A DNA stretch of 64,000 nt from Candidatus Latescibacterota bacterium. Lineage in GTDB: Bacteria; Latescibacterota; UBA2968; UBA8231. The position numbers and the translations under genes are program-made. Positions 19,568 through 28,977 of the stretch are shown here, piece after piece (the stretch's first letter is position 1; the number at the start of each line of letters is the position of its first letter). Below the pieces are notes generated by a model, which had not been told where the DNA came from, ran no database searches, and worked only from the letters and a program-made list of their open reading frames with translations. The DNA lies in NCBI GenBank assembly GCA_965223905.1, contig CBDCXV010000011.1, positions 544,001-608,000 on the forward strand, given 5' to 3'.

Positions 19568-21038
19568 GTGGCATTTCTCCTTTCGGACAGGCGCGAGCCG
19601 GCGCAGCCGGCAGCGCAGACGAGGAGGTTCAACCCGAGGCCGACCACCCCGGCGTGAAAACCCCAGATACGCGCGTGGCCCAGCAGGGTCGCCCCCAGGC
19701 CGAAACCGAGGCCTGCGACCATCCCGGCCAGGACCGTCGTCGCGCGGAGCCGCGGCCAGTAGAGGCCGAGGAAGAAGCAGGGGACGATCTGGATCAGCAC
19801 CTCGAATTTCAGCTCCAGCAGTCTGATCAGGGTTTTCTCGGTGCCGATGGCGACGACCACGAGAACCGCCACGATGGTCCAGGAGCAGAGCTTGCCGACC
19901 CGGGTCAGCTCGGCCTGGCTGCTGCCGGGGCGGATGTGAGCCTGGTAGACGTTGCGGGTGAACATCGACGAAATCGACAGCAGCGCCGAGTCCGCGGTCG
20001 ACATCAGGGCGGCCAGAGCCGCGGCGAACACGAGCACGACCAGCCAGTACCCGAACGCGGACTGGCCCATGATGAGGGCGCAGAGCCGCGGCAGCAGCTG
20101 GTCGGTCGCGGTCCCCTCGAGGCCGGGGATAACTACCGCCCCGGTGAGGCCGCAGACCAGGGCGATCAGGGTGGTAGTCAGCGGCATGAAGGCCATCAGC
20201 GCCAGGGCGCGCTTGAGCCCGGCGACCGAGCGGCCGGAGAAGAGGCGCTGTATCGCCTGCGGGTAGATGGCGGCGCCGGCGCCGACAAGCACGACGTAGC
20301 TGAGCCAGGTCGCGCACTGGCGCAGCGACGGCGCCTCGACCTTGGCGGGATCGGCGACGGACAGCCGTTCCACCACCGCGGTGAAACCGCCCCCGAGTCC
20401 CGGGATCATGAAGAGCAGGGCGGCGAAACCGGTCAGCAGGACGATTCCCTGGATGACATCGGTCCAGGCGACGCTGCGCATGCCCCCCAGGGTCTCGTAC
20501 ACCACCATGATGAAAGCCAGGGCGACGATCCCGTACGCCGAGGGACGGCGCCGTCGGTCAGCCCTTCGACCGCGGCCCCCATCGCCTTCAGCTGCGCCAG
20601 GGTGTAGTTGGCGAGGGCGTAGACCATCATCAGGGTGCTGAGCAGGGTCAGGGAACGGGAGCCGAAGCGAAAGGAGATGTAATCCCCCGGAGTGATGAAA
20701 TCCTGCCTGCGCGCAACGGCGACGAGACGGGGCGCGTACAGCAGGTACCCCGGGATGATGGCGAACATGAACAGCAGCGAGACCGTCCAGTCGAACCCGA
20801 TCCCGTACGACTTGCCCGGGTACCCGAACAGGGTGTTGCCGCTGTACTGGGTCGCGTACAGGGTCAGGAAGAGAACGGCGAAGCCGAGGGAGCGGCCGGC
20901 GAGGTAGAAGTCGGCGAGACTGTCGCCGCGGCGCTGCCGCCTCCCCCACCAGCCGATGCCGATCATCGACAGCAGGTAGAGGGCGACCGCGGCAAGGGCG
21001 CCCGGGCCGAAGGCGAGCGGATCGGCTGCCGAGCCCAT
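19564..21038 (-). CDS. Sodium:solute symporter (SSS); frameshift about 20542-20544
   Basis: DFYLAGRSLG..ATQYSGNT; YETLGGMRSVAWTDVIQG; AALMSTADSALL; halves join if one G is added to a G run. Confidence 0.9.
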
Positions 21039-21041
21039 TCT

Positions 21042-21296
21042 TCACTCCCCGTCCCGCCAGCAGGCGGCGATCACCCAGCAGGTCCAGCCCGCCAGGAGGA
21101 CGACGCAGAGGACGGTCGCCGCAGCCCACAGCGGGAACCCCAGCAGCAGCGGTCCTCGGTACCCCGCCGGCCAGTACCAGGGAATGGCGAGCGCCAGCAG
21201 CAGGGCGTACACCAGCCAGACCCAGGGTTTCCGCCGCGGCTCCGACCGCAGTCCGGCCGGCGCCAGCGGATCGGAGCAGTTCCTCCTGTCGTTCAC
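21042..21296 (-). CDS. Small membrane protein (DUF3311/DUF997-like SSS partner)
   Basis: Two hydrophobic helices, IPWYWP..LLGFPLW, directly upstream of the SSS gene. Confidence 0.75.
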   Translation of the reverse strand: MNDRRNCSDPLAPAGLRSEPRRKPWVWLVYALLLALAIPWYWPAGYRGPLLLGFPLWAAATVLCVVLLAGWTCWVIAACWRDGE

Positions 21297-21303
21297 GTCC
21301 GCC

Positions 21304-22782
21304 TCATCGGGCGCCGTGGAACCAGTCCTTCATCGTCGGGTACAGGCGCTCGTAGCGGGCGAAGGCCGCGGCGTAGGCTCGCGCTTCCGGCTCTCCGGGG
21401 CGGACCGTCTCTCCCAGCTGCACCACTTTTTCGCAGGCGGCCTCGAAGCTCTCGAAGAGGCCGCAGCCGACTCCCGCGATCAGGGCCGCCCCGACCGCGG
21501 AGAGGTCCTCGGTGTCGATAACCCGCACCTCCCGTCCGAAGACGTCCGCCTGGATCTGCCTCCACAGGGCCGAGCGCGAGCCCCCCTCTCCGATGCGCAC
21601 CTCCTCCAGGGAAATGCCGATGCCGGAAAAGCACTCGAGGGCGTTGCGCAGCTCGAAGACCACCCCCTCCATCACCGCGCGGATCATCTCGGCGCGGCCG
21701 TGCCGCAGCGTCAGTCCGACGAAGCCGCCGCGCGCTTCCGGGTCGGGGCACGGGGTGGCGGAACCTTCGAGCCAGGGCATGAAGAACAGCCCCTCGCAGG
21801 CGACCGGGGCGGTCTCCGCGGCCGCGGTCATCTCCCCGTACGACATCCCGAAGGTTTCCTTGGCCCAGGTGAAGGAAGCCCCTCCGGTGTAGGAGCACCC
21901 GAGCCAGGCGTATTGCCCCGGGACCGGGTGGCACATCGGCCAGAGCTTGTCGACGCCGCGGGGGTCGAGCTCCTCGACGCAGGTTACCGCGTGGGCGGCG
22001 GTTCCGATCCCCAGCCCCGCGGTACCGGGCCGGACGATGCCGCTGCCAAGCACCATGCAGGGTATGTCCCCTCCCCCGGCGCAGACCGGGGTGCCGGCGC
22101 GCAGGCCGATCTCCGCGGCGGCCCGCGGCGTGACGGCACCGACGACCTCGGAGGACTCGACCGCGGCCGGAAGCTTTTCCGCGTCGATGTCGAGAAGATC
22201 GAGGATCTCCTCCGACCACTGCCGCCGCCGCAGGTCGAAGGCCGCGGTCACCGAGGCGTCGGAGATTTCGCTGGAGGCCACACCGGTCAGGCGCAGGCGC
22301 AGCCAGTCCTTCGGCAGCAGGATGTACGGAGCCCGCCGCAGGAGATCTGCTTCGTGGCGATGCAGCCACAACAGCTTGGCGAGGAAGTTGACCGGGGTTA
22401 CGCGGCTGAAGGCGCGGTCGCGCAGCAGGTCGCCGGCGCGCTCCTCCGCCCACCGGCACTCCTCGGCGGAACGGTGATCGAGCCAGATCAGGGAGTTGCG
22501 CAGGCAGGCCCCGGAGGCATCCGCAACCACGGCGCCGTTGATCTGGCCCGACAGCGCCACTCCGGCGACGTCGCCGGGGTCGGTCCCGGTTTCGGCGAGC
22601 AGCGCTTGCACCGCGGAGCAGGCGGCCCGCCACCAGTCCTCGGGATCCTGCTCGACCCAACCGGGCCGCGGCTTCAGCAGCGGATAGCCGGCGCTCTGCT
22701 TTCCCAGCTCGCGCCCGCTCTCGTCGATGAGGACGACCTTGACGCTGCTGGTGCCCTGATCGATTCCCAGTACCGTAGGCAT
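21304..22782 (-). CDS. xylB: FGGY sugar kinase, xylulokinase-like
   Basis: LGIDQGTSSVK; PGWVEQDP; ALSGQ..G; WLDHR; LPKDWLR; RAVMEGV; GGSRSALWRQIQAD. Confidence 0.85.
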   Translation of the reverse strand: MPTVLGIDQGTSSVKVVLIDESGRELGKQSAGYPLLKPRPGWVEQDPEDWWRAACSAVQALLAETGTDPGDVAGVALSGQINGAVVADASGACLRNSLIWLDHRSAEECRWAEERAGDLLRDRAFSRVTPVNFLAKLLWLHRHEADLLRRAPYILLPKDWLRLRLTGVASSEISDASVTAAFDLRRRQWSEEILDLLDIDAEKLPAAVESSEVVGAVTPRAAAEIGLRAGTPVCAGGGDIPCMVLGSGIVRPGTAGLGIGTAAHAVTCVEELDPRGVDKLWPMCHPVPGQYAWLGCSYTGGASFTWAKETFGMSYGEMTAAAETAPVACEGLFFMPWLEGSATPCPDPEARGGFVGLTLRHGRAEMIRAVMEGVVFELRNALECFSGIGISLEEVRIGEGGSRSALWRQIQADVFGREVRVIDTEDLSAVGAALIAGVGCGLFESFEAACEKVVQLGETVRPGEPEARAYAAAFARYERLYPTMKDWFHGAR

Positions 22783-22846
22783 TTTCGGGAGTTGTGATCG
22801 TTTCGAGTTCGCGTCCCGGAGGTTACCTTCTGGCCCCACCCTGCCC

Positions 22847-24754
22847 ATGCCTGACGTCAAGCCCCCCGCTGACAAGCCCGCACTCGACGCCCTCGTACTG
22901 TATAGAAACCGCCCGGCGAGGGTCAAGAATACCCGAAACGACCGCATCGAGATCGAGGTCGACGGCGGTTCCCGCTTGGTGCGTCCAAAGGACGTGACCG
23001 AGCTGCACCCGGGACCGCTTGCCGGCGGCGACCTCGCCTCTCTCGAAGCGGGGTCCGCGGACGCCGATATCGACACCGCCAGGGAGCTGCTCGAGGAGAG
23101 CGGGGAGGGAGTCGATCTGCCCACCCTCTGCGATCTGCTCTACGACTGCTTCACCCCGCCGGCGGCCTGGGCGACCTGGAGGATTCTCAGCGAAGGACTG
23201 TGGTTCGAGGGGACCCCGGAGCGAATCCGCGCGCGCCCGGCCGCGGCGGTAGCCGAGGAGCGCAGGCGGCGCCTCGAGGCCGAGCGGGAGCGGCAGGCAT
23301 GGAAGGAATTCCTGCAGCGCCTGCGCAGCCGCACCTGGATCGAGGAGGACGAGCGTTTCCTCGCCGAAACCGTCCAGATGGCCCGGAGACGCCGCGGCGG
23401 CAGCCGCGCTCTGCGTGCCCTGAAGAGGAGCGAGTCCCCGGAAAACGCCCATGCCCTGCTCCTCGAAATCGGCTTCTGGAAGGAGGGGGACCTCCCCTAC
23501 CCCGAGCGCTGCGGCGCCGTGCTCTCCCCGCCCCCGGAACCGGGCCCTGTCCGGATCCTGGAGGAGGGACGGGTCGACCTGACCCACCTCGAGGCCTGGG
23601 CGATCGACGACGAGGGGAATGACCATCCCGACGACGCGGTCAGCTTCGACCCGGCCGACGGCAGCGTCTGGGTGCACGTCGCCGACGTCGCCGCGGCCGT
23701 TGCCGGCGGCAGCGAGCTCGACATGGAGGCGCGCGGCCGCGGGGCAACCCTGTACATGCCCCACCTCACCGTGCCGATGCTGCCAGAAACGCTGATTCAG
23801 CGGTTCGGCCTCGGCCTGGAAGAGCGCTCCCCTGCGCTCTCCTTCCACCTGCGGCCGGAACCGTCGGGAGGGGCGGCCCTGATCGAAATCGCCGCTAGCA
23901 CCATAGGGGTCACCCGCTTGACCTACGGGGAGGCCGAGCGGCAGCTCGAGGGCGGAAACGACAGTCTCGCCGCCCTCAAGGAGATCGCCGATTGCTCGGC
24001 CGGCCGCCGGCTCGCCGCGGGAGCGGTCGCCATCGACTGGCCGGAAGTCGACATCCGCGCCGACGCCGGGTCCAGCCCCGCGGTTATCGACATTTTCCCG
24101 CTGATTCGCCGGGCCAGCCGCGGCCTGGTCGCCGAGCTGATGATTCTCGCCGGAGAAGGTGCCGCGAAGTACGCCGCCGACCACGGGCTGCCGTTCCCCT
24201 TCGTCCTCCAGGAGCCGGCGGAGACACTGGAAGATCCCGAAGCTGGGTGGGGACTTGCCGGGGCCCTGGCGCTTCGCCGGCGCCAGCTGCCCGCCCGCTC
24301 CTCGGCCACGAAGGTGGGGAGGCATGCCGGCCTCGGGGTGGAAGCCTACAGCCGGGTTACCAGCCCTCTGCGCCGCTACCTCGACCTCGTCGCCCACCAG
24401 CAGCTGCGCCTGCACCTGCGCGGAGAGCGGACCCTGAGCGAAACGGAGATCGTCGAAAGGATGGGGGCTGCCGAAACCGCGGCCCTGTGCGTGAGGAAGG
24501 CGGAGCGGATGAGCCGCCGCCACTGGACCCTTGCCTGGTTGGGGCAGCGCCCCGGCTGGCAGGGAGAGGCGGTGGTCGTCGATCACCGCGGCTCGCGGGC
24601 AGTAGCGGTGATCCCCGATCTCGCCCTGGAGATCGAACTCCAGGGAGGTAGCGAGTTGGATTTGAACGAAGTGGTTCAGGTACGGCTGGCGAGCGTCGAC
24701 CTGCCCCGGCTCGAGTCTCGCTTCGACCTCGCCGGCAGGGGGGGTTCCAGTTAA
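22847..24754 (+). CDS. rnb: Ribonuclease II/R (RNB domain)
   Basis: AIDDEGNDHPDDAVS; VHVADV; RGATLY; HAGLG..YSRVTSPLRRYLDLVAHQQ. Confidence 0.9.
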   Translation: MPDVKPPADKPALDALVLYRNRPARVKNTRNDRIEIEVDGGSRLVRPKDVTELHPGPLAGGDLASLEAGSADADIDTARELLEESGEGVDLPTLCDLLYDCFTPPAAWATWRILSEGLWFEGTPERIRARPAAAVAEERRRRLEAERERQAWKEFLQRLRSRTWIEEDERFLAETVQMARRRRGGSRALRALKRSESPENAHALLLEIGFWKEGDLPYPERCGAVLSPPPEPGPVRILEEGRVDLTHLEAWAIDDEGNDHPDDAVSFDPADGSVWVHVADVAAAVAGGSELDMEARGRGATLYMPHLTVPMLPETLIQRFGLGLEERSPALSFHLRPEPSGGAALIEIAASTIGVTRLTYGEAERQLEGGNDSLAALKEIADCSAGRRLAAGAVAIDWPEVDIRADAGSSPAVIDIFPLIRRASRGLVAELMILAGEGAAKYAADHGLPFPFVLQEPAETLEDPEAGWGLAGALALRRRQLPARSSATKVGRHAGLGVEAYSRVTSPLRRYLDLVAHQQLRLHLRGERTLSETEIVERMGAAETAALCVRKAERMSRRHWTLAWLGQRPGWQGEAVVVDHRGSRAVAVIPDLALEIELQGGSELDLNEVVQVRLASVDLPRLESRFDLAGRGGSS

Positions 24755-25578
24755 TTGCCCCCGGCTTGGGGGCCGCCAGCCTCGAACCTCGCGAGCTCGT
24801 CTCCGCTCATGTGGCGCACGTGCCTTTCCGCGGGAAAGCTCCCTTCCCGCACCCCCTCGACGAAGGCCCTGATGGCCCGCACCCCATCCGCCTTGCTGTC
24901 GGCGAGCCGGTCGACGTGGCGCAGCTCGAGGTCGGCGGCGCCGAGCAGGTCGGAAATGACGATCACCTGGCCGTCGGTGCAGCGGCCCGCGGCGATGCCG
25001 ATCGTCGGGATGGACAGGCGCCGGGTAACGGCCGCGGCCACTTCCTCCGGCACCGCCTCCAGCACGAGGAAATCGGCTCCCGCCCGCTCGAGCTCCAGAC
25101 TCCGGGAGACCAGCTCCGCGGCGCTCTCCGCGGTCTTCGCCTGCAGCGCCCGCTCCCTTTGGAACTGGGGGGTGAGGCCGAGGTGCCCCCACACATCGAG
25201 ACCCTCGGCGCTCAGGGCGCGGACCGCCTCCTGCTTGAACCCTTCGAGCTTGACCCCGTCCGCTCCCAGCGAGGCCAGGCGCCGGCCGTTCTCCACCGCC
25301 TGCTCCGGAATGTCGGCCGAGCCGAAGGGCAGGTCGGCCAGCAGGTAGGCTTCCCTGACCCCGCGGCGCACCGCCTTCAGGTGGTGGGCCATGTCCTCCA
25401 TGGTCACCTCGGTTTCGCTGGCGTACCCGAGAACGTTGGTGCCGACGCTGTCCCCGACGAAGACGACGTCGACCCCTGCTTCCTCCTCCCAAAGGGCGGT
25501 TGGGTAGTCGTAGCAGGTGAGAACGGAGATTTTCCGCCCCCCCCGCTTCATCTCCTGCAGCTGGGCCTTGCCGGCCAT
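24751..25578 (-). CDS. panB: 3-methyl-2-oxobutanoate hydroxymethyltransferase
   Basis: LTCYDY; VGDS; ADLPF; VKLEG; GHLGLTPQ; IPTIGIAAG..DGQV. Confidence 0.95.
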   Translation of the reverse strand: MAGKAQLQEMKRGGRKISVLTCYDYPTALWEEEAGVDVVFVGDSVGTNVLGYASETEVTMEDMAHHLKAVRRGVREAYLLADLPFGSADIPEQAVENGRRLASLGADGVKLEGFKQEAVRALSAEGLDVWGHLGLTPQFQRERALQAKTAESAAELVSRSLELERAGADFLVLEAVPEEVAAAVTRRLSIPTIGIAAGRCTDGQVIVISDLLGAADLELRHVDRLADSKADGVRAIRAFVEGVREGSFPAERHVRHMSGDELARFEAGGPQAGGN

Positions 25579-26834
25579 CAGCCGAACCGCTCCGGCCGGG
25601 TCAGGGCCAGGTCGATCCCCGGCTCCTCGCCGCAGACGATTTCGCTGACGAGCTCGCCGGTGACCGGTGCCAGGGAGACCCCGATCATGGCGTGGCCCGC
25701 CGCCACCGTGAGGTTGGCGAGACTTTCCGGACGTCCGAGCAGGGGCAGACCGTCCGGGGTGCAGGGCCGCATGCCGCGCCAGATCTCGACCATCTCCAGC
25801 TTTGCAGGGTCCAGGCCCGGCATGTATTCGGGAACCGCCTTCAGGATGGCGGCCACCCTTACCGGATCGAGGTAGAGGGTGAGCCCGGACAGCTCGAGGG
25901 TGCCGGCGAAGCGCAGGAAATCCCCCATCGCCGACACCCCCACCCTGGCCTCGGCCAGGGAGATCGGGACCGACGGCGCCTGGGGCGGGCGTTTGAAGGT
26001 GATGCTGTACCCCTTTCCCCCCTGGATCGGCAGGGACAGGGAGAGGTCGCGCGCCACCACGGGGGACCAGGAACCCGCGGCCAGCACGATCTCCCCGGGG
26101 CTGAAGTCGCCGCGCGTGGTCTTCACCAGGGAAACCCGGGAGCCGTTGCGCTCGAACCCGAGCACCTCGGTGCCGGTGCGGATGTCGGCCCCGAGAGCGG
26201 CTGCCTGCGCCGCCAGCCCGGTGACGAAACGGTGCGGCGACAGGTTCCAGTCCTGGGGAAAGTGGATGGCTCCGCCGATCTCCAGCTCGGTTTCCGGCAC
26301 CAGCTCCTGGGCTTCTTCCCGGGTCAGGACGTTGGCGACGACCCCGGCCTCGTTGAGTATCCGGACCTCCGCGTCGTCTTTGCTGAAGCCCTCCTTTCCC
26401 ACCTGCAGATAACCGTTGCGGACCAGGTCGAAGTCGAACCCCTCGATGCGGTCGAGCTCGTCGTAGAGCTGGAGGCTGGCGAAGCTCAGGTCGCGCAGCA
26501 GGGGCACGGAGCGGCGCACGTGGCGGTGGTTGGCGGAGCGGTAGAACCGCCACAGCCAGCGGATCAGCTGCGCGTCGATGCGGGGACGAATGTAGAAGGG
26601 GCTGTCCCGGCGCCGCATCCACTTCAGCCCCTGAGACACTACCCCGGGAGCGGCCAGGGGCACGCTGTGGCTGGGAACCAGCAGGCCGGCGTTGCCGTAG
26701 GAGCAGCCGGAGCAGATCTCCCCCTTCTCCACCAGGGTGACCGCGACCCCCCTGCGCGCCAGGTAGTAGGCGCTGGCCACCCCGATTGCTCCCCCTCCGA
26801 TCACCAGGACGTCGTTGCGGTCGCCGCTGCTCAT
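25578..26834 (-). CDS. FAD-dependent D-amino acid dehydrogenase (DadA-like)
   Basis: GGGAIG; SYGNAG; KGYS; WRGMRPCTPDGLP; GHAMIG. Confidence 0.9.
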   Translation of the reverse strand: MSSGDRNDVLVIGGGAIGVASAYYLARRGVAVTLVEKGEICSGCSYGNAGLLVPSHSVPLAAPGVVSQGLKWMRRRDSPFYIRPRIDAQLIRWLWRFYRSANHRHVRRSVPLLRDLSFASLQLYDELDRIEGFDFDLVRNGYLQVGKEGFSKDDAEVRILNEAGVVANVLTREEAQELVPETELEIGGAIHFPQDWNLSPHRFVTGLAAQAAALGADIRTGTEVLGFERNGSRVSLVKTTRGDFSPGEIVLAAGSWSPVVARDLSLSLPIQGGKGYSITFKRPPQAPSVPISLAEARVGVSAMGDFLRFAGTLELSGLTLYLDPVRVAAILKAVPEYMPGLDPAKLEMVEIWRGMRPCTPDGLPLLGRPESLANLTVAAGHAMIGVSLAPVTGELVSEIVCGEEPGIDLALTRPERFG

Positions 26835-26916
26835 CGTTGCCTCCTTGGTCTCCTGTCCCCCAACCTCGCCATTTCGGTCAGTAATTCATACCTGAAAAAA
26901 GCCGCGTATGCCCCAA

Positions 26917-28908
26917 TCAACTCCGGGGAACCACGGCCGTCCATCTCACCATCTCTTCCACCGGGGCCGGCCGGGGAGACAGGCGCAGGGAACGCGGCCT
27001 GCCCGTGGCCCGGTACGCCTGCCGGGCCCAGGCCGCGGGAAAACCGGGACCCGCCCCGTGGAGGAACAGGCGGCCTGGAGCCGTGAGGGCCACCGCGGTG
27101 CGCACGTCCCCGGCGCTGCGCACCCCGGGCACGAAACAGTGCCGCAGCCAGCTGCGGTCGTCGAAGGCGAAGGCGGCCAGCGACAGGCAAGTGTTGGCTA
27201 CCCAGGGCGCCAGGGCGCGCCCCAGGAGCGCGCCGATGCCGGTTCCTTTCAGCGCAAGCAGGTTGACGGACGTCCCTCCTGCGCGGTCCCGGGCGAATGC
27301 CAGCGCCGTCAGGATGTCCTGAATCTGATTGGCTGCCGGGGTCCGGTTGTACGTGAAATAATGGTGGATCTCCCCGGCTTCTGCCTCTACGGGGGAGGGG
27401 GCTTCACCGGTTCCGAACAGGTCGACCGCGAGCACCTGCTGCCCCCTGCCGAGGAGCGCGGCTACCAGCCGCGGCATGCGCTCCCCGCGCCAGCCCGCTG
27501 CCTTCCCCGCCGGGTGCAGCAGCAGGGTGACTGGGGCGCGGTCCTGCAGAGGCAGGCGCGACACCAGGATCGCCGGCACCGAATCCCCGGCCCCCGCGCG
27601 GCCGAGGGCGAAGCGCTGCAGGTAGCCGCCTTCAATTCTCGAACGGCCGCAGTCGCGGGCGGCGACCTCGTCCGGAAGGTGCGCGGCAAGGGCGTGTTTC
27701 AGGGCCGGGCCCATGGCCTCGCGGAACCTGTCCAGATCCTCCGGGGTGCGGACCTCGAACGAGCGCATCCGGCTTTCCGCCCGCGCAATCAGGGCAGGGA
27801 CGACAAGGTTGCGGCGCAGCGCCGACCGCGGCCGGGAACCGCGGGAGAATACCCGAAGGTCATCCTCCGCCTCGACCAGCAGCGGTGCTTCCGGACGGCT
27901 GCGGCGCCGCGACCCCAGCAGCCAGCGCTCGAAGAAGGCATACATCGCCTCGCGGCTTTCCCGGTGGTAGTTGTGGGGGGCATCGAAGCGCACGGCCCTA
28001 ACTTTCGCCGCGGCGCCGTAGAGTTCGTACACCGAACGAACGAACGGGTACTCGTGCTCGAGGGTGTGGGCGGTCCAGTCCCCGGTGGCGGCGATGAGCA
28101 GCTGGGGCCTTGGAGCCGCGGCCGCCGCGATCTCGACGTTGTCGATGTCGACGCGAAGGTGGCTCTGGTTCTCGCACAGGCAGCCCCCCTGCATGTGAGC
28201 GGATACCATGTTGACCGGAACCGAGGCGGTTACGCGGTCGTCCACCGCAGCCAGCAGGAAGGTCTGGGTGCCGCCCCCCGAAGCGCCGGTGCAGCCGATG
28301 CGGCCGGCGTCGACATCGGGCAGGCTCTGCAGGAAATCGATGGCCCGGATGCTGTTCCAGAGCTGGATGCCGAGGACCCCGATCCCCCACAGGTCCTCGC
28401 GGGAGCCGCCGAAAGCCCGGTGGGCGATCTGGCCGCTGTCGAGGTACCCGGCCATGTCCCAGGAGAAGCTGACGAATCCCCGCTTTGCCAGCTCGATGCA
28501 GCGGCCCGGGACCGAGCAGGCCTCCCCGTTCTCAAGGCGGCCCCCCGGCCAGTGTCCGTGCGGATGGGCGATCCCGGGGAAGCGGTTCCTCCCCGGCCGC
28601 AGCGGCCGGTAAAGATTGCCGCAGACCAGGTACCCCTGGAAGCTCTCGAAGAACACCTTCTCGACGGAGTATCCTTCCCTTTGAAGCGGCTCGAAGATGT
28701 GAGGGTTGAGCGGCGTCCTCTCCGGTAGCGGCAGCAGTCCGGCGCAGGCGAGGATGTGGTCGCGGATGTATGCGGCGCGTTCCTCCCACTCGGCGCGGCT
28801 GCGCACGGGGGTAAGGGTGCGGGGGGTGTCCTGGGAGATCGAGCGGGCCCGCAGGTCGGGCAGGAGGTTACCGCCGCAGGCGGTCAGGGAGGTGATCGGA
28901 GTTCCCAC
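26917..28908 (-). CDS. Acetyl xylan esterase-like alpha/beta hydrolase (two domains)
   Basis: VEKVFFES..GNLYRP; PHGHW; RAIDFL..VDAGRIGCTGASGGGTQT; start uncertain. Confidence 0.8.
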   Translation of the reverse strand: MGTPITSLTACGGNLLPDLRARSISQDTPRTLTPVRSRAEWEERAAYIRDHILACAGLLPLPERTPLNPHIFEPLQREGYSVEKVFFESFQGYLVCGNLYRPLRPGRNRFPGIAHPHGHWPGGRLENGEACSVPGRCIELAKRGFVSFSWDMAGYLDSGQIAHRAFGGSREDLWGIGVLGIQLWNSIRAIDFLQSLPDVDAGRIGCTGASGGGTQTFLLAAVDDRVTASVPVNMVSAHMQGGCLCENQSHLRVDIDNVEIAAAAAPRPQLLIAATGDWTAHTLEHEYPFVRSVYELYGAAAKVRAVRFDAPHNYHRESREAMYAFFERWLLGSRRRSRPEAPLLVEAEDDLRVFSRGSRPRSALRRNLVVPALIARAESRMRSFEVRTPEDLDRFREAMGPALKHALAAHLPDEVAARDCGRSRIEGGYLQRFALGRAGAGDSVPAILVSRLPLQDRAPVTLLLHPAGKAAGWRGERMPRLVAALLGRGQQVLAVDLFGTGEAPSPVEAEAGEIHHYFTYNRTPAANQIQDILTALAFARDRAGGTSVNLLALKGTGIGALLGRALAPWVANTCLSLAAFAFDDRSWLRHCFVPGVRSAGDVRTAVALTAPGRLFLHGAGPGFPAAWARQAYRATGRPRSLRLSPRPAPVEEMVRWTAVVPRS

Positions 28909-28977
28909 GCAAGATCCTATTGAGGCCGCCCCCCCTTTGAGGGAACCTCCCCGAGCAAGGGAAAAAGAGCACATGGG

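Noticed and set aside
22823-25492. 889-aa minus-strand ORF and similar long shadow ORFs (e.g. 7851-9509, 26908-28728, 57982-59607)
   Set aside because: Antisense or off-frame shadows of clear genes; low-complexity Arg/Gly/Pro translations typical of high GC.
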